Part shown: positions 12,903 to 26,331 of the stretch, one piece after another
Numbering within the stretch: position 1 is the stretch's first letter
Layout: each line of letters starts with the position of its first letter
From: Phaeosaccion multiseriatum
Taxonomy: Eukaryota > Protista > Ochrophyta, other classes
Direction of reading: 5' to 3'
Assembly (NCBI GenBank): GCA_965112735.1
Contig: OZ218950.1
Span: 4,526,001 to 4,590,000 of the forward strand
Length of the DNA: 64,000 nt
Translations under genes and position numbers: made by a program
The notes under the pieces: generated by a model
What the model was told of the DNA's origin: nothing
Database searches by the model: none
What the model saw: only the letters and a program-made list of their open reading frames with translations

Positions 12903-15297
12903 TCAAGCAGAAGCGGCGCGGAGGGGCTGAGCCTCGTCCCGTTGCCGCATAGTTCCATCCTCCCCCATCTGAACGTGCTGCACCGTCACCATCTCCTCGA
13001 GGGGGGGGGGCGGCACCTCCATCATGCTCTGCGTGTTCATCAAGGGCTGTAGAGGGGCGGAGTGCGCCGGCTTGCCATGTAGGCCCAGCTTCTCAAAGAG
13101 GGCAGTGTCCGCGTTGAACTCAGGGTTGGGCGTGGTGAGCAGCTTATCTCCGTTGAAGATGGAGTTGGCGCCGGCCATAAACATGAGAGCTTGCTCCCCC
13201 TCCGAGAAGCTCAGTCGCCCTGCCGACAGACGCACCATGGTCTTGGGCATGACCACCCGAGCTGCGGCAATCATCCTGCCCATATCCCAAATGTCTGGCT
13301 GGTCCACTCCCTCGTCTGCCAGGGGAGTGCCATCCACGGCTACGAGGGCGTTGATGGGCACGGACTCTGGGTGCTCGTCCAGGGTAGCGAGGGTGTGCAG
13401 CAGACCCACTCGGTCGCTGTCCTTCTGCTCTCGCGTTCGTTGAGTCGGTGGGGAAGAGGAGAGAGAGAGAGAGAGAGAGAGAGCCATTGGGCCAAAAGTG
13501 AGACAAAGAAAAGCAGAGAGAATAGATGCTCGCTATTTCAAGCACAGCACCCCCCCCCCCCCCGTTTTCCCCCAACCCCACGTGCGGAGCTTCCACGTAC
13601 GTGAAAACCAAGTTATGTGCTCTCCTGTCCCCAAGGCCCGCACACAAACGCACCGGCCACACTCACTACAAGACTACTCTTCATCTTCTCACCTCGCCCA
13701 GGCCGAGAATGCCTCCACAGCAGACGGAGATGCCCGCGTCCCTGACATTCTGAATGGTGTTGAGCCTGTCTTCGTAGCTCCTTGTGGTGATGACCTTGGG
13801 GTAGTACTCCGGACTCGTGTCGAGGTTGTGGTTGTAGGCAGTGAGGCCGGCCTCCTTGAGCTGCCTGGCCTGCTCGGGGTTGAGCATGCCCAGCGTGCAG
13901 CACACCTCCAGGCCCATGCCATTGACTTGCTTGACCATGTCGAGAATCTACTCGCAAGGGGGGGGGACACGCGAGATGGAGATGGATGGATCGAGAATGT
14001 GTGTCAGCTGCCAGCGAGCAAGTGGGGAATGTCAGACACTGACACCATTACCTCCCCTATATACTCCTCTCCCTCCCTCCCTCCCTCCCTCCCTCCCTCC
14101 CCCCCTCGCTCGCTCACTCATGCACCCACACCCTCTCCCTCACTCACGTGGTTGAAAGCGTTCTTCTTATTCCCCAGCTCCCTCCACGCCGCCCCCATAC
14201 AGAAGCGCGTGCTCCCTGCTGCCTTTGCGTCCGCCGCCGCGGCCACCACCTCGGCAACCTTCATCTGGGGGGTGGGCTTGACAAACGTCTTGTGGCGCAC
14301 TGACTGGGAGCAGTAGCTGAAAAGAAGGAGAGGGAGGGGGGGATTGGGACACAAAGATGGGCATCGTTAGTGTTCTTCACACACAGTATCCATCTTCTCT
14401 CTCTCTCCATTTCTGTGATGTCTCGCTCTTCCCCCCCACCCCTCCTTGCTCCTGTTCGCTTCCTCTTACCCGCAGTCTTCTGTGCAGCCCCCCGTCTTGA
14501 TGGACAAGAGGGTGCACTGCTGCACTTCTCTGGGGTTGAAGAACATGCGATGCACTGTGGCAGCCTTGTACAGCAGCTCCAACATGGGCATGTTATACAC
14601 GGCAGCGATCTCCTCCCTCGTCCAGTCGTTCCGAACAGTGATCTGCAGAGGCTCCTGGGTCATCGTACGGGTCTCCCCCATCTTGACGTTCCTGGCTTCC
14701 GCGTAATGCGAGGATTGCCGGGTCCTAATGGGGTCCGAGGGCGGGAGCACGGGGGGGTTGGTGGAGGTGGAGTGGGAATGAGTGTGGGGTTGTAGGACAT
14801 GCTCACCGCCCACAAAGGGGGAAATGACAAGAGCCCAGCACAGAGGGAAAGTATCAAAGGAAAGGGAAATTCTGCCACAGTGGATCGTGTAGAATTGAGA
14901 AGTAACCTCCTTTGGAGGCTACTTGTGCGTACCCAACAACAGCGCAGTAGCACCAGGAGGCGAGAAGTAAGTACCTCAGAGGAAGCCGTGACATCTACTT
15001 CCTTGCTCCTTCCTTTGATTCCAGGATACTGAATAATAAAGACAGTCTCCAATTTTCTGGATGGGGTCACCTGCATTTACATACTCCGCACAAGCTCCCC
15101 TGGGCCCACACACACACGACGTACCTTCCACCGCCGCAGACTCCTGTGGGTGCTCCAGCCTTGCCGCCTTTCACTTGCGGTGCTGCTCCTGCTGCTGCCG
15201 CTTGAGGCGCTCCAGGGTTCATCCTGCCTGCCGCCATTCCTGAGGCGAGGGGGCGCAGCGCTCGGACAGCAGAACGTAGTCCCGCTGCTCCGACCAT
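12903..15297 (-). CDS. BIO2: Biotin synthase (radical SAM), multi-exon, with a mitochondrial-type N-terminal extension
   Basis: RNDWTREEI; [16 protein letters not shown]|YCSQS (CxxxCxxC across an intron); [11 protein letters not shown]; YNHNLDTS; [11 protein letters not shown]; [10 protein letters not shown]; VRLSAGR; [17 protein letters not shown]. Confidence 0.96.
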
Positions 15298-15630
15298 TGT
15301 CACACCCAAGTAGAGATGATACGCACTCTTCTCTGAAGGGTACCGAGGGCTCCTCGCTTGTAGGAAAGGGGTTTTGACGGTGGGAGGAAGGCAAGTTCAA
15401 ATGGCGAAACTGAATGAAGAAGAGGGGAAGAAAAGATGAGCAGGAAAATGTACAAAGAAAAACAAGAGAAAGAAAAGAGGGAGACTTACGCTTGGGGTGC
15501 TGCCATGGAGAGTGTGTTGGAACAAACAGAGAGAGAAGTGTTGTTGCCTTAAGTCCCAACCTTCCTGGAATCGTTGAGTTTAGTTAGACAAAACAGGGGG
15601 GAAGGGGGGGGAGAGAGAGAGAAAGGAAGG

Positions 15631-18290
15631 ATGGACTCATCCAATAAGGTCGTGCAAAGCATCTTGAGCTACCTTGCGCGAACGCGGGAGAATGCTGACC
15701 GTATGAGGAGAGGAGTGGGAAGTCTGCGACGACCGCGACCCGTGGAAGCAGTCCCTCCCCTCCTCGTGCTGCTGTACGTAGCGGTTTGGCTGAAGGGAGT
15801 GGACAAGCCGCACGTGGTATGCACCATGACAGATCGGAATAGACGCATTCTCTCGGGCATGCAGAGCTTCCTCGGCCGAAACTTTTGGCCCTCTTGGCTG
15901 TGTGTGAACGGACACATTCACAGCTCTGTGGGGTACGTCAGAGCAGTACCGAAGATCTCCAAGAGGAGAGAACTGCTACGCACATGGGGTGAGTTAGAGT
16001 GAGACAGACCACGCGCAATTGTGTGTGTGTGTGTGCCTCTCAATTGTCCTGAGCCCAACCTCTCCCCCCACGCGATAACCTCTTTTCTCTTAATCCAACA
16101 CCGTATTCACGGCCTTCCCCCGCCCCTACCCTCTCTGCCGCCAGACCGAGGGACTTTTGCGTTGGACTGGGTGGAGGTGGAGCAGCCCTTACCCGCGAAT
16201 GCCCCAACCCTTCTCATCATCCACGGACTCAACGGCAACAGCGAAGAGGGCTACGTGCAGCATTGTCTCCTCCTGGGGGTGAAGAGGGGGTGGCGAGCGG
16301 TGGCGATGAACCATCGAGGCTGCGGGGGCACCAGTCTCACCTCTCAGTACACCTATAACGGTGCCTTCACGGGGGACGTGCGCTTGGCGGTTAGGTGAGA
16401 ACCATGTGAGGAGAGATGTTCCAACGCAGCGAATACGAGAACAAGTCGTCGTTGGCGCTGGCTACGTGAATTTGTTGTGTTTGTTTTGCGTGTTTTTTAT
16501 TGGACGCTTAGGGCGTTCTACGCTTGGACTGTACAGGCAAGGAAGTTTCCTCGCTTATCCCGGGCGTGGTACGGCCAGCCACCGTGATTACGTTCACGTT
16601 CTCCGGGCGTAATGTTTGTATACCAATGAATGAATCCACATTAATCCAAAACTCTCTCTCTCTCTCTCTTTCTCTCTCGCTCTGCAGCACCATCAAGCAG
16701 CAGTATCCTGACTCCCCAGTGCTGGCAGCGGGCTTTTCCCTCGGTGCCAACCTTCTCGTCAAGTATCTCGGGGAAGAGGGTGGAAGAGCGCACCGGCAGC
16801 AGGGGTCGAAGGGTCCCCTCGTTGGAGCAATGGCCGTGTCCAACCCCTGGGACTTTGGCGCCAATCCTCTGGGGGCGAAGCAGGTGAGAGGAAGGGATGG
16901 AGCACGCCAACGACTGAGACTCTGCGGTTGTGGTCGGCATGCATGGCGGCAGGGCATGAGAGACGAGGAGACGATGACGGAGAGGGGTGTACGTCTTGGG
17001 ATTGGGAAGGAAGCTGATCGTTGAGCATGACAGCGTGTAGTGTATGACAACACGCAGAGAGTATGCATGTATGGCTCCCGAGCACTTACTTTGTCTGCGT
17101 CTTTGGAGAAGGCAACAGCGCCAACCGGGTCCGTCAGACTTTCGTCACTTCCTCCTTCTGCGACCCCCCCCCCCTTCCCCCTTCCGCAATCGTGGTTCTT
17201 GTTCTACACCGCATGTCTATCCGTTCAGAGCGGCGTTTCGGTCTTGTCCCACCTCGTCAGCAGAGCCTACAGCTTCCTTTTTACATTGGGCCTCCAGCGC
17301 TTCGCCAAGCAACACCTCCACAACCCCCACATGTATAAGAGCAAGGACATGGATATGCAGGTAAAGTATGAAGGCTTGAGGGAGGGGGAGGGGCGAGGCA
17401 GGGCTACACAGTGCTGCGTATACGTGGGGTTGCGAGCCGCGTGGCAGGTTGGCGTCACCGATAAGAATTTTGGTTGGTTTGTTTGTTTGGTTTCTGCCGC
17501 TCTGTCTCTGTCCGTCGTCCCATCCCCTTCCACCTCCCACGCCCCCTGCCCACCCGCCTTTAAGTTGAAAAGCGCCCCCTCCTCCTCATCCTCCTCCGCC
17601 TCCACCTCCTCTCCTGTACCGTGTACTACCCCCCTGACGACTTGTACCCACGAGCAGGCTGCTCTCTCTGCTTCAAAGCTCTCCGAGTTCGACAACTCAG
17701 TCACTGTGCCCCTGTGGGGGTACGAGAACCTCGCTCACTACCACCACGACGCCACCAGCGGGTTCCACTTGCAGGTGAGGTAGGATAGGTCCGTTGCCCC
17801 TCGGACACAGGGCAAGGTAGCGTGGGAGCGTCGCCACCCCAAGGATCCATCAGAAGGAGGATTGCCCCGAGTTCTTGTCGTGTGTCTGTCTGTCTCTCTC
17901 TCGCTCTCTCTGCCTGTCCCTCTCACTCTCTGTCTCTCTGTTTGTCTGTCTTTCCGTCCGAAGGATGTCAACGTGCCGCTGTTGTGCCTCAACGCGGAGG
18001 ACGACCCGGTATGCATACCCTCACTGTGGCCCCTGGGGCGCGCCAGAGCCAACGGCAATGTCATCTTCGTGTGGACCAAGAGCGGCGGCCACATCGGCTG
18101 GTGCCAGGGGCTCAATCCCTTCGCGGGCCAGAGCTGGGCGGAGGAGCTCATGGGCGAATACTTTGACTCTTTGCTCCTCGCAGTGCGGAAGGAGGAGCAG
18201 CAGGGGGGCGCTACGCTGCCGGCGATGGCACCCCATGGCGAAGCGGGCAGCCCGACAGGACTTGAATCAGCGGGTCAAAGTAGGCTCTGA
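15631..18290 (+). CDS. Alpha/beta-hydrolase, ABHD1/2/3 - Eht1/YheT family; about 6 exons
   Basis: NGHIHS; DRGTFALDW; IHGLNGNSEEGYV; NHRGCGG; nucleophile motif GFSLG; NAEDDPV (Asp); GGHIGW (His). Confidence 0.92.
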
Positions 18291-18885
18291 ACAGTCCGCC
18301 GTGTCTGAGAGAGTGAGCGTGAGATGAACACGGCAGCGAGCAATAATCGAACCTCCCATCTTTTCTCTCTTCATCCTTTACCTGGGCGTGGTCCCCAATG
18401 CTGAGAATAAGTAAGATGTGTGCCGGGCCCCTCGGGGAGGATCTTGTGCGACGTGGGCCTGTTGACTTATGATGGAAGTGTGTGCTCGGATCCTCCACAC
18501 CAAAATCACTACCACTATCCAAAGTTTGTCAACCTCTCCCTATATCAAGTAAGGAGCGCGTGTGAAGGAGCCAGGAGGGAGGGGGAGGGGAGGGGAGGAG
18601 CATGGACTGGGGGTGGGGAGCAGGGAGTGACGGCAAGCCTCCGGGATACTTTGAACTCTTTCACTGGACCTTGCACCTTGTGAGCCCCGCATGGTCTCTT
18701 CCGCTACTGCGAGCCTTGCAAAGGCGCTCGCTCGCCCTCGCATCTGTTACGGCTTTCCTCTTTCTTGCTGCTGACCCCCCTCATCTTCTTTTTCGCCCTC
18801 CTCTCGTCCCATTATTCGGCCCTTGCCTCCTCTCCTGTCCCCCCTCCCTCCCTCCCTCCCTCCCTCCCTCTCGTCTACCTCAGAC

Positions 18886-19539
18886 ATGAAGACCGCATGC
18901 ATCGCCGCCATGGCCACCCTCGGGTGCGCCTCCGCCTTCGTGGCACCCACCGCCTTCACCGGCAGCGCGGTCGCCAAGGCCCCCAAGAGCTCCAGCAGCA
19001 TGAAGATGGCATTCGAGGACGCCGAGGGAGCCCAGGCTCCTCTTGGGTTCTTCGACCCTCTGGGACTCCTTAACGACGCCGACCAGGAGCGATTCGACCG
19101 ACTCCGATACGTCGAGGTGAAGCACGGACGCATCTCCATGCTTGCCATCCTCGGTCACCTTGTGCAGCAGAACGTGCGCCTGCCCGGATACCTGTCCATC
19201 TCCGAGAACATCAAGTTCACGGACGTGCCCAACGGACTGGCCGCCTTCTCCAAGATCCCCCTGGCCGGTACCGCCCAGCTGATCGCCTTCATTGGCTTCC
19301 TTGAGGTTGCCGTCATGCAGCAGGTGGAGGGCTCCACCCCCGGTGACATGAACAGGTTCGGAGAGAACTCCACCTGGGCATCCTGGGACGAGGAGACCCA
19401 GAGCCGCAAGCGCTCCATCGAGCTCAACAACGGCCGCGCCGCCCAGATGGGCATCCTCGCCCTCATGGTGCACGAGCAGCTCAACGGCCGCCCCTACATC
19501 ATCAACGACCTCCTCGGAGCCGGATACACCTGGAACTAA
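18886..19539 (+). CDS. Light-harvesting complex protein (fucoxanthin/violaxanthin-chlorophyll binding, Lhcf/VCP-like), intronless CDS
   Basis: Signal peptide plus ASAFVAP bipartite motif; GFFDPLG; EVKHGRISMLA; ELNNGRAAQMG. Strong C/G-ending codon bias. A probable 5'UTR intron lies at ~18549-18883. Confidence 0.97.
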   Translation: MKTACIAAMATLGCASAFVAPTAFTGSAVAKAPKSSSSMKMAFEDAEGAQAPLGFFDPLGLLNDADQERFDRLRYVEVKHGRISMLAILGHLVQQNVRLPGYLSISENIKFTDVPNGLAAFSKIPLAGTAQLIAFIGFLEVAVMQQVEGSTPGDMNRFGENSTWASWDEETQSRKRSIELNNGRAAQMGILALMVHEQLNGRPYIINDLLGAGYTWN

Positions 19540-20122
19540 GCACATAGCACAGCCATGTGTGTGTATTTGATGTTCAGAGACAATTCAGAGACAAATCTTT
19601 ACAGATCTAGAAGGGGAGAGAATGATCAGTTGATGGAAGCCCAGGGGACTGCCGATGGCGCATCTGTGTAGGTAACAATTTTAAGCTATTAGATAAATGT
19701 CACAAATGGAGAAAGAAGATTCTGCCGTGGTGGTCTTTCCTGTTTAACCAGCGAGTGCTGTGATGCTTCAAAGGCAGCTGATGCGTGTCATGGAAGCTAC
19801 CCGCCAGAAGAGTGGAGCAGGGCAGGCGCCATCATATCGACGCAGCTTCCGGATGCCGTTGCTGATAGCAGGTCAAGGTCAATCACATGAGGGCAAGCTC
19901 AACATCACGTCTGCCCCCTTCCAGTGCCAGTTTCTGAGCGGGACTTACAGCACCAGAAGTTGGTTCTTCGCCTACGTGTCATGTGTCCTTTACTTTTGCA
20001 GTGCGTGCAGTCCGATGAGAGCTTCTAATATTGAGTGTGTTTTACAAACCGTTTCTCACGACTCCTCCCTGCCTCTAACCCCCCCTTCTTCCGTGCCCTG
20101 CTTAACTACGGCAACCATCCCG

Positions 20123-23100
20123 TCACTGCGCCCCCCCGTCTCCTGCACCGCCCCTCGCCGACGCTGCCCAGTTGAGCGCCTGGGGATGGAAGGGACTGTG
20201 GGAGCTTCTCTCTCTCAAACGTCGACCGCTCTCGCCCTCGCCCCTCCCCCGACTCGAGCCCCCTCCGCCGGAGAGAGTGCTAGTATTAGCCTTGGCCTGT
20301 TGAAGGACCAAGGGGGGCGTCTCTGCCAAAACAAGCCCAGCCGCTGCTGCTGCTGCTGCGGTGCGAGTTGCTCGGGGGGGCGTGCTTACCATGCTACTGC
20401 CACTGCTGCTCTTGCTTCTGGTGCTGTTGCCGTTGCTCTTGCCCTTGCCCTTGCCCTTGCTCTTACTCTTGCTGTCCTCGTTCTCTCTACCCTCTGTGCT
20501 ATACTTTCTCGAGGTCTTGCTGCCGCTCGCACCTTTGCTGCCGAAAGTCCTGGCGCCGCCGCCGCCCTCGCTCTTGCCGTTTGCGCCAGCTCGGCCCAGC
20601 AGCCCAGTCGGCCCTGCCTTCGCCTTCCCTTTCCCCTTCCCCTTTCCTCGGCCTTCACTGCCCACTGCTGCCGCCGCCGCCGCCGCCGCCGCTGCTGCTG
20701 GTGCTGCTGGTGGTGGTGGTACTGCCCCACCTTCAGTCTCACCGAAGGACAGCGCGGCGACAAAGGAGGACTGAGGGCCATGATAGGATCGAGACCGCTT
20801 CGTCGCAAGAAGGCGCTGCTGCTGCTGTAGCTGCTCGGTTCGGGCTCTCTTTGTCCCTTGCGCTTGCTTCATCGTGAAAGTGGGCTTCGGCCTCTGCTGA
20901 TGCGGTCTTCGATTGCTGGAGATGGCCAGGCCACTGCTACTTCTTCTCGTGAGTCCACCCATCTTACCTCCAAAGAGGGTCGTCTTGGGCTTACCACCAC
21001 CACCCGCCACCGCGACAGACCCCGCCGCCGGGCCTCGCCCTCTCCCGTCTTCGTCCTCTTCAGTGCCACGCCCCCCACCAACACCACCATCACCGCCCGA
21101 CCCGCCCAAGGACGCTCTGCCCTTATCTTCTGCTCCTCCTCCTCCTCCTGCTGCTGCTGCTGCTGTCCTCGTCGTCGTGGTGGTGGTGGTGCTTTCATGG
21201 CGACCTTCTTGCCCTTGTCCGTGTGCGTGGGCGTGTGCGTGCTGTCCGTGTCTTCCATGCCCACCAACAGTAGCAGCAGTAGCCGCAGCCACACTTGCCA
21301 GGTCCGGTACAGAGGCTCGAGCGGGTCCTGCTGCGAAATCGTCTAGAGCCCTCTGATAACCGGTAGTTGCAGAACCAAGAGCGACCTCAGCCCCACCACC
21401 ACCACCACCACCACCACCATCACTAGCAGCACCAAGAGGAGGAGGAAGAGCAGAAGTACTACCGGGTGCAGCAGATGCAGGAGGTGAGGCGCCAGCAGTA
21501 GTGGATCGACGCGTTGCTCGCCCTTGGTGCTGCTGCTGCTGCTGCTGTTGCTGCAGCAGCAGCAGCTCCTTCTCCTCCAAACAAAAGGAGGAGGACATGT
21601 TATGAAGCATCGGCTTTGTCTTTGGCACCATCAGCACCGTCGCCTTGGGCATCGCCGGCATCGCCACCATCGTCTTTGGCATGGGCTTCTCAAAGTGGTC
21701 GTAGAGATGCTCTACAGTGCGTGGAAGGGCGGCTCCGAAGAGGGGCACAAGGACCTCGTCGAGCAGAGCGCCGAGATGCCCGCCAGCTGGGGACGCGGCT
21801 GTATGACCAACTGCCGGGGCTGGGGCTGAGGACGGCTCTGATGCTGCTGCTGCTGACGAGGATGCTGGTGAGGTGCCTCCTTCCACCACCTTGGCCTCCG
21901 CCTCCACAGTGGGCCCCTTTTCTACTTCTCCTGCCTTCCCTCCTCCCTCCGCACCTTTCTCTCTCCCCTTCCCTCCCAACCCCTTCCCCTTGGTGCCCAT
22001 TGTCGCCTCAAGACCCTCTCGTACGCCTTTGCCAAGGTCTCCAGGTCGAGCTCTTGTTCCTCGAGGTCGAGGGTGGGAGGGCGCCGATCTGCGCTGCTGC
22101 TGAACCCCCCTTCTCCTCCTCCTCCTCCTCCTCCTCCTCCTCCTCCTCCTCCTCCTCCTCCTCCTCCTCCTCCTCCTCCTCCTCCTCCTCCTCCTCCTCC
22201 TCCTCCTCCTCCTCCTCCTCCTCCTCCTCCTCCTCCTCCTCCCCTTTCTTCCCCTTCCCCTTCCCCTCGGTGGTGTTGCTGCTTTTCATCACCGTCACCA
22301 TCACCCCTCCTCCTGCTTCCGCTTCCGCCACTGCCCCCTCCTCCTCCCGCGGAAGAGACGTTGCCTTGATCTGGACACGCGTCACTTTCACCTCTTCCAC
22401 CTCCACCTCCGCCTCTCTGACCTGCTGCTGCTGCTGCTGCTGCTGCGGGCGGAGTATCCGCGCATGCCCCGACATAATCAACGCTTGCGATGGCTTCCCC
22501 TGCTCCCCCTGCGTCGCCACGCTCCCGTCCCCGCCCCAGCCTCCCCGCCTCCGCGTGTTTCTCCTTTTGCTCCGCATCCCCCTCATCATCTTCCTCATCC
22601 TCTACCTCAGTCAACACATCCTCCTCCTCCTCCTCCTCCTCCACCTCCTCCTCCACCTCCTCCTCCTCCTCCTCCTCCTCCTCCTCCTCCTCCTCCTCCT
22701 CCTCCTCCTCCTCCTCCTCCTCCTCCTCCTCCTCCTCCTCCTCCTCCTCCTCCTCCTCCTCCTCCTCCTCCTCCTCCTCCTCCTCCTCCTCCTCATTCGC
22801 CTGCCCTTTATCTACGCCTATTGCCACGGCTGTTGGTGCTGCTGCTGCGGGCACCCCGATACGCACATCACCCTCCTCCTCCTCCTCCTCCTCCTCCTCC
22901 TCCTCGTCCTCCTCCTCCTCCTCCTCCTCCTCCTCCTCCTCCTCCTCCTCCTCCTCCTCCTCCTCCTCCTCCTCCTCCTCCTCCTCCTCGTCCTCCTCCT
23001 CCTCCTCCTCCTCCTCCTCCTCCTCCCCCTCCGCCTCCTCCTCTTCCTCCTCCTCCCCCTCCTCCTCCTCCCCCTCCTCCCCCTCCTCCTGCTGCTGCTC

Positions 23101-25749
23101 CTCCACCCGCCCCACAATCTTGCTTCTTCTGCCCCCTTCTACCACCACAGCGGGGAGAGGCAAGGCGAAGTTCCCCACCCACAGCGCATCAATGGAGGAC
23201 AAAGCTGCCCCCAGGCCCTCCTCATGCTGATCTTGATCTGGATCCTGAGCCTGAGCATGAACCTGAGCCTGCTCACTGCCTCCTCCCGGCGCCCCACTCC
23301 GTGCTAACAGGGGCTGCCACAGCGCAGGTGTCAGGCCCAGGGACGGGCGGAAGGCCGCCGACGGGCGGAAGCAAGCAGACGGCATCTCCTCCTTGCTGCT
23401 GCTCCACGCGAGGCGGGGGCCATCGCCACCTTCTTCCGCACCGTCTCCTCCTCCACTCTCATCGTGATTGGCACCCCTCCTCCTTGTTCTTCTTCGTCGT
23501 CGTGGTGGTGGTGGATCGTCTTCGTGAACAGGGCTAGAAGGAAACGCAATGAGCTGTGCCAACGAAGGCCCTCTACTCTGGCCACTTGCCGCCACGCTCC
23601 AGGCCGATGCCGCTGCCTCCAACAGATGGCTGTCATCTGGAGCACCACCACTTGCATCACTGGCATAGCCAGTACTACTTCTGGTGGACGATGGAGATGC
23701 GCAGTCTCCAACGCTCCCACTGGCACCCTCCTCCTCCTCCTCCTCCTCCTCCTCCTCCTCCTCCTCCTCCTCCTCCTCCTCCTCCTCGTCGTCGTCGTCG
23801 TCGTCCTTCCCGTCAACAGCCCCTCCAGCTCCGGCCCTTGTTCGGCTCCTCCTCCTCCTTCTCTTCCTCCTCCTCCTCCCCCTCCATGCACTCTCCTGGC
23901 TCATAGGGCTGCTCGAACTTTCCTGACTCAGGCCTGGGGAGGAGGAGGCCTCTCCTCCGTTGGAGTCGTTGCCGTCGCCGACTTGGTCGTTGTCTCCGTA
24001 TTCATTGTCGCCATCGCGCCTCGCAGCAGGACTACTGCTACTGCTGTCCATACTCGCTCGAGCCCACCCACCAGGAGCCAGAGAAGGACTCGAGGAAGGG
24101 CCTTCTGTTTCAACGAAGAAAGGCTGCTGGTGAATGTCCGGCCATTCGCTCAAGGGCAACGACAACTTTTCATGGAGCAGGCGATCAGAGGCGACGGCCA
24201 AGGTGCTCGCCTCGAACCCATCGGGAAGCTGCACCAGTGTGCAGGCCCTGTTGGGGCCAATCTGCCGTCAAACAAAGAAATAAGGGGAGGGGAAATGTAG
24301 GAGAGTTTGTAGTGAAGTTGAGCAAAGAGCAAACGGACTTTGGTTAGGAGGGAGGCGGTATGGTAGACAGGCAGGCAGGCAGGCAGACGGGTAGGCAGGC
24401 AGGAAGAACAGAGAGGCCGAAAGGCAGGCAGGCAGCCATACAGAGAGACAAACCAAGAAGAGCCTTGAATGAAGGCTGTTCCTGCAATGAGTCTCATCTT
24501 CCCTACAGCAACAACACCGACTCACCTGCAGGGGAATGGCAAGACAGACCCGAGCCACAAGCGGCGGAGACGTGTCAGCATCGCGCCCCCTACTGCTACT
24601 GCTGCGGCCGCTGTCTTCTGCCGCCGGACAGACAACTAGTCCGACGAGACCCTTGGTGTGGAGAGCACTTACAAGGCTGCCAAACACAAAGCTGGAGTCC
24701 TCCTCCTCCTCCTCCTCTTCCTCCTGCTTCTCCCCTTTCCACTGCCGCTTCTGCCTTCTCTGCTCGCGCGTTGAGGGGGAACTGTCCTGCTGCTGCTGGG
24801 GGGCCTTACCCCCTCTTTCCACCTCCACCAGGAGATGGTGACTGGTGCCCTCACCCTCAACAAGCACTCTAGCCATGAGGCCCGAGTCCATCTCGGTGGC
24901 TTGGAGAGCCCCCACCAGATACATGTCGATGGAGGGAGAGGGCGGAGCCGCTGCCGCAGTCTCGCTCCCCCTACCTTCTTCGCCCCCCCGTTTGCTGCCC
25001 TTGCCGCTTCGGCCCCTACCACCTCTTCGCTCCACATTCCCCGAGGGAGCATCCTCGTCGCCTTCTCTATGCTTCCCTGTCTCGCCGTCTTCTGCTGTAT
25101 TCCGCCCATTCGCCTCTTCCTCCTCCGGCTGCTGTTGCTGCGCCTCCTCTTCTTTCTTGTGCCCCTCTTGCTCTACCAGCATCTGCAGAGGAATCGAAGG
25201 CACGTTGGCATACGCCCGAGGCATCCTCAAGCTTACGTTGACAACTCCTCTTCTTCTCTTCCTTCCACTATTGCTGCTACTGCTGCTGCTGCTGCCGCTG
25301 CTGCTGCCGCTGCTGGCACTCACAATATCCACCATCCTCCGCTCCTGCTTTGTCAACGTTGGCTCCAAGGCCCCGCGAGCTGCTGATGCGAAAGAGAATC
25401 CAGCTTGGGTGATGGCCGCAGTAGGAATGAAGGCGGGGCCCTGCAGAATGGACGAAGCTGAAACTACGCTCCCTCTGACGCCAGACAGGTGCTCGGCAAG
25501 GGCAAGGTATCCCTCCCCACCCCTCCTCTCTCCTTCAGTGTCCACCCACAGCAACGGCTTGGTGGGACCCACAGCCCCGCCCAAAGGTGCACCCAGGCCT
25601 CCTTTCTCTGCACAACCCCCACCATCTGAGAAGAACTCGCTGACCTCAGCAGCAGAATGTGGGCTTGGACTCAGCAGCACGACCCACCCGTCCGACTTGT
25701 CGGAGTTTTCCGTGGTGGTATGGCGCCTACGGTCCTCACTCTGCTGCTC

Positions 25750-25780
<31 letters not shown>

Positions 25781-26331
25781 GGGTGCTCAACCGCCCCCAG
25801 AGCTTCGCGCAGCGATCTACGCAAGATGGAGAGCGCCGAAGTGCCCTTCCGTCCACGGGGACCTCCCCTACCCGCGCTAGCCCCACGCCCACCCCTTCTA
25901 GTCGAGGGAGAGGGGAGCACCTTCGCCAGTGCTTCTAGCTGCTCAAGAAAGGTCTGGAAGGAGCCTTGGTGTAGGGGTAGCATTGAGGGCAGCAGCTGCT
26001 GCTGCTGCCGCTGCTGGGGTACTTCAGCTCGTCTATGCCTTCCCCTTCCCTTCGCTGCTGCGTCAAGCTCACTCGGTGCCAATCCAGCCCTACTGTCGAA
26101 GAAGGTGAAGCTCCACTGTATGGGGAAAGGCAGCCCACGTTTCTTCTCTCTTTGCTGCTGTTGCCGAGGAAGGTGGGCAAGGACACGGATGAGTACGAGT
26201 CCAATCGCATCGATAATGGCCCTTCTGCTGCCGCTCTTTGCAGCAGCCAGCGGACCCACGTCTATCAAGCATACACAAGACCGTGCCCGAGGATCCACCT
26301 CCTCCAGGGGAGGCTCCGCCGGCCCAGACAT
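20123..26331 (-). CDS. TICRR: Treslin/TICRR (Sld3) orthologue with large low-complexity expansions; one intron (~24261-24525) and an apparent 1-nt frame break near 21996
   Basis: N-terminal Treslin motifs: CLIDV...LIRVLAHL...WSFTFFDS, SFQTFLEQLEA, VVLLSPSPHS, LLWVDT. Sld3/Treslin-domain-like LLDEVLVPLFGAALPRTVEHLYDHF. CDK-site motif VLAETP near the C-terminus. Confidence 0.75.
22093..23100. repeat. Very long exonic (CCT/GAG)n tracts encoding poly-Gly and poly-Glu in Treslin
   Basis: Near-pure (CCT)n runs at ~22093-22240, 22620-22793 and 22872-23025. Confidence 0.95.
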
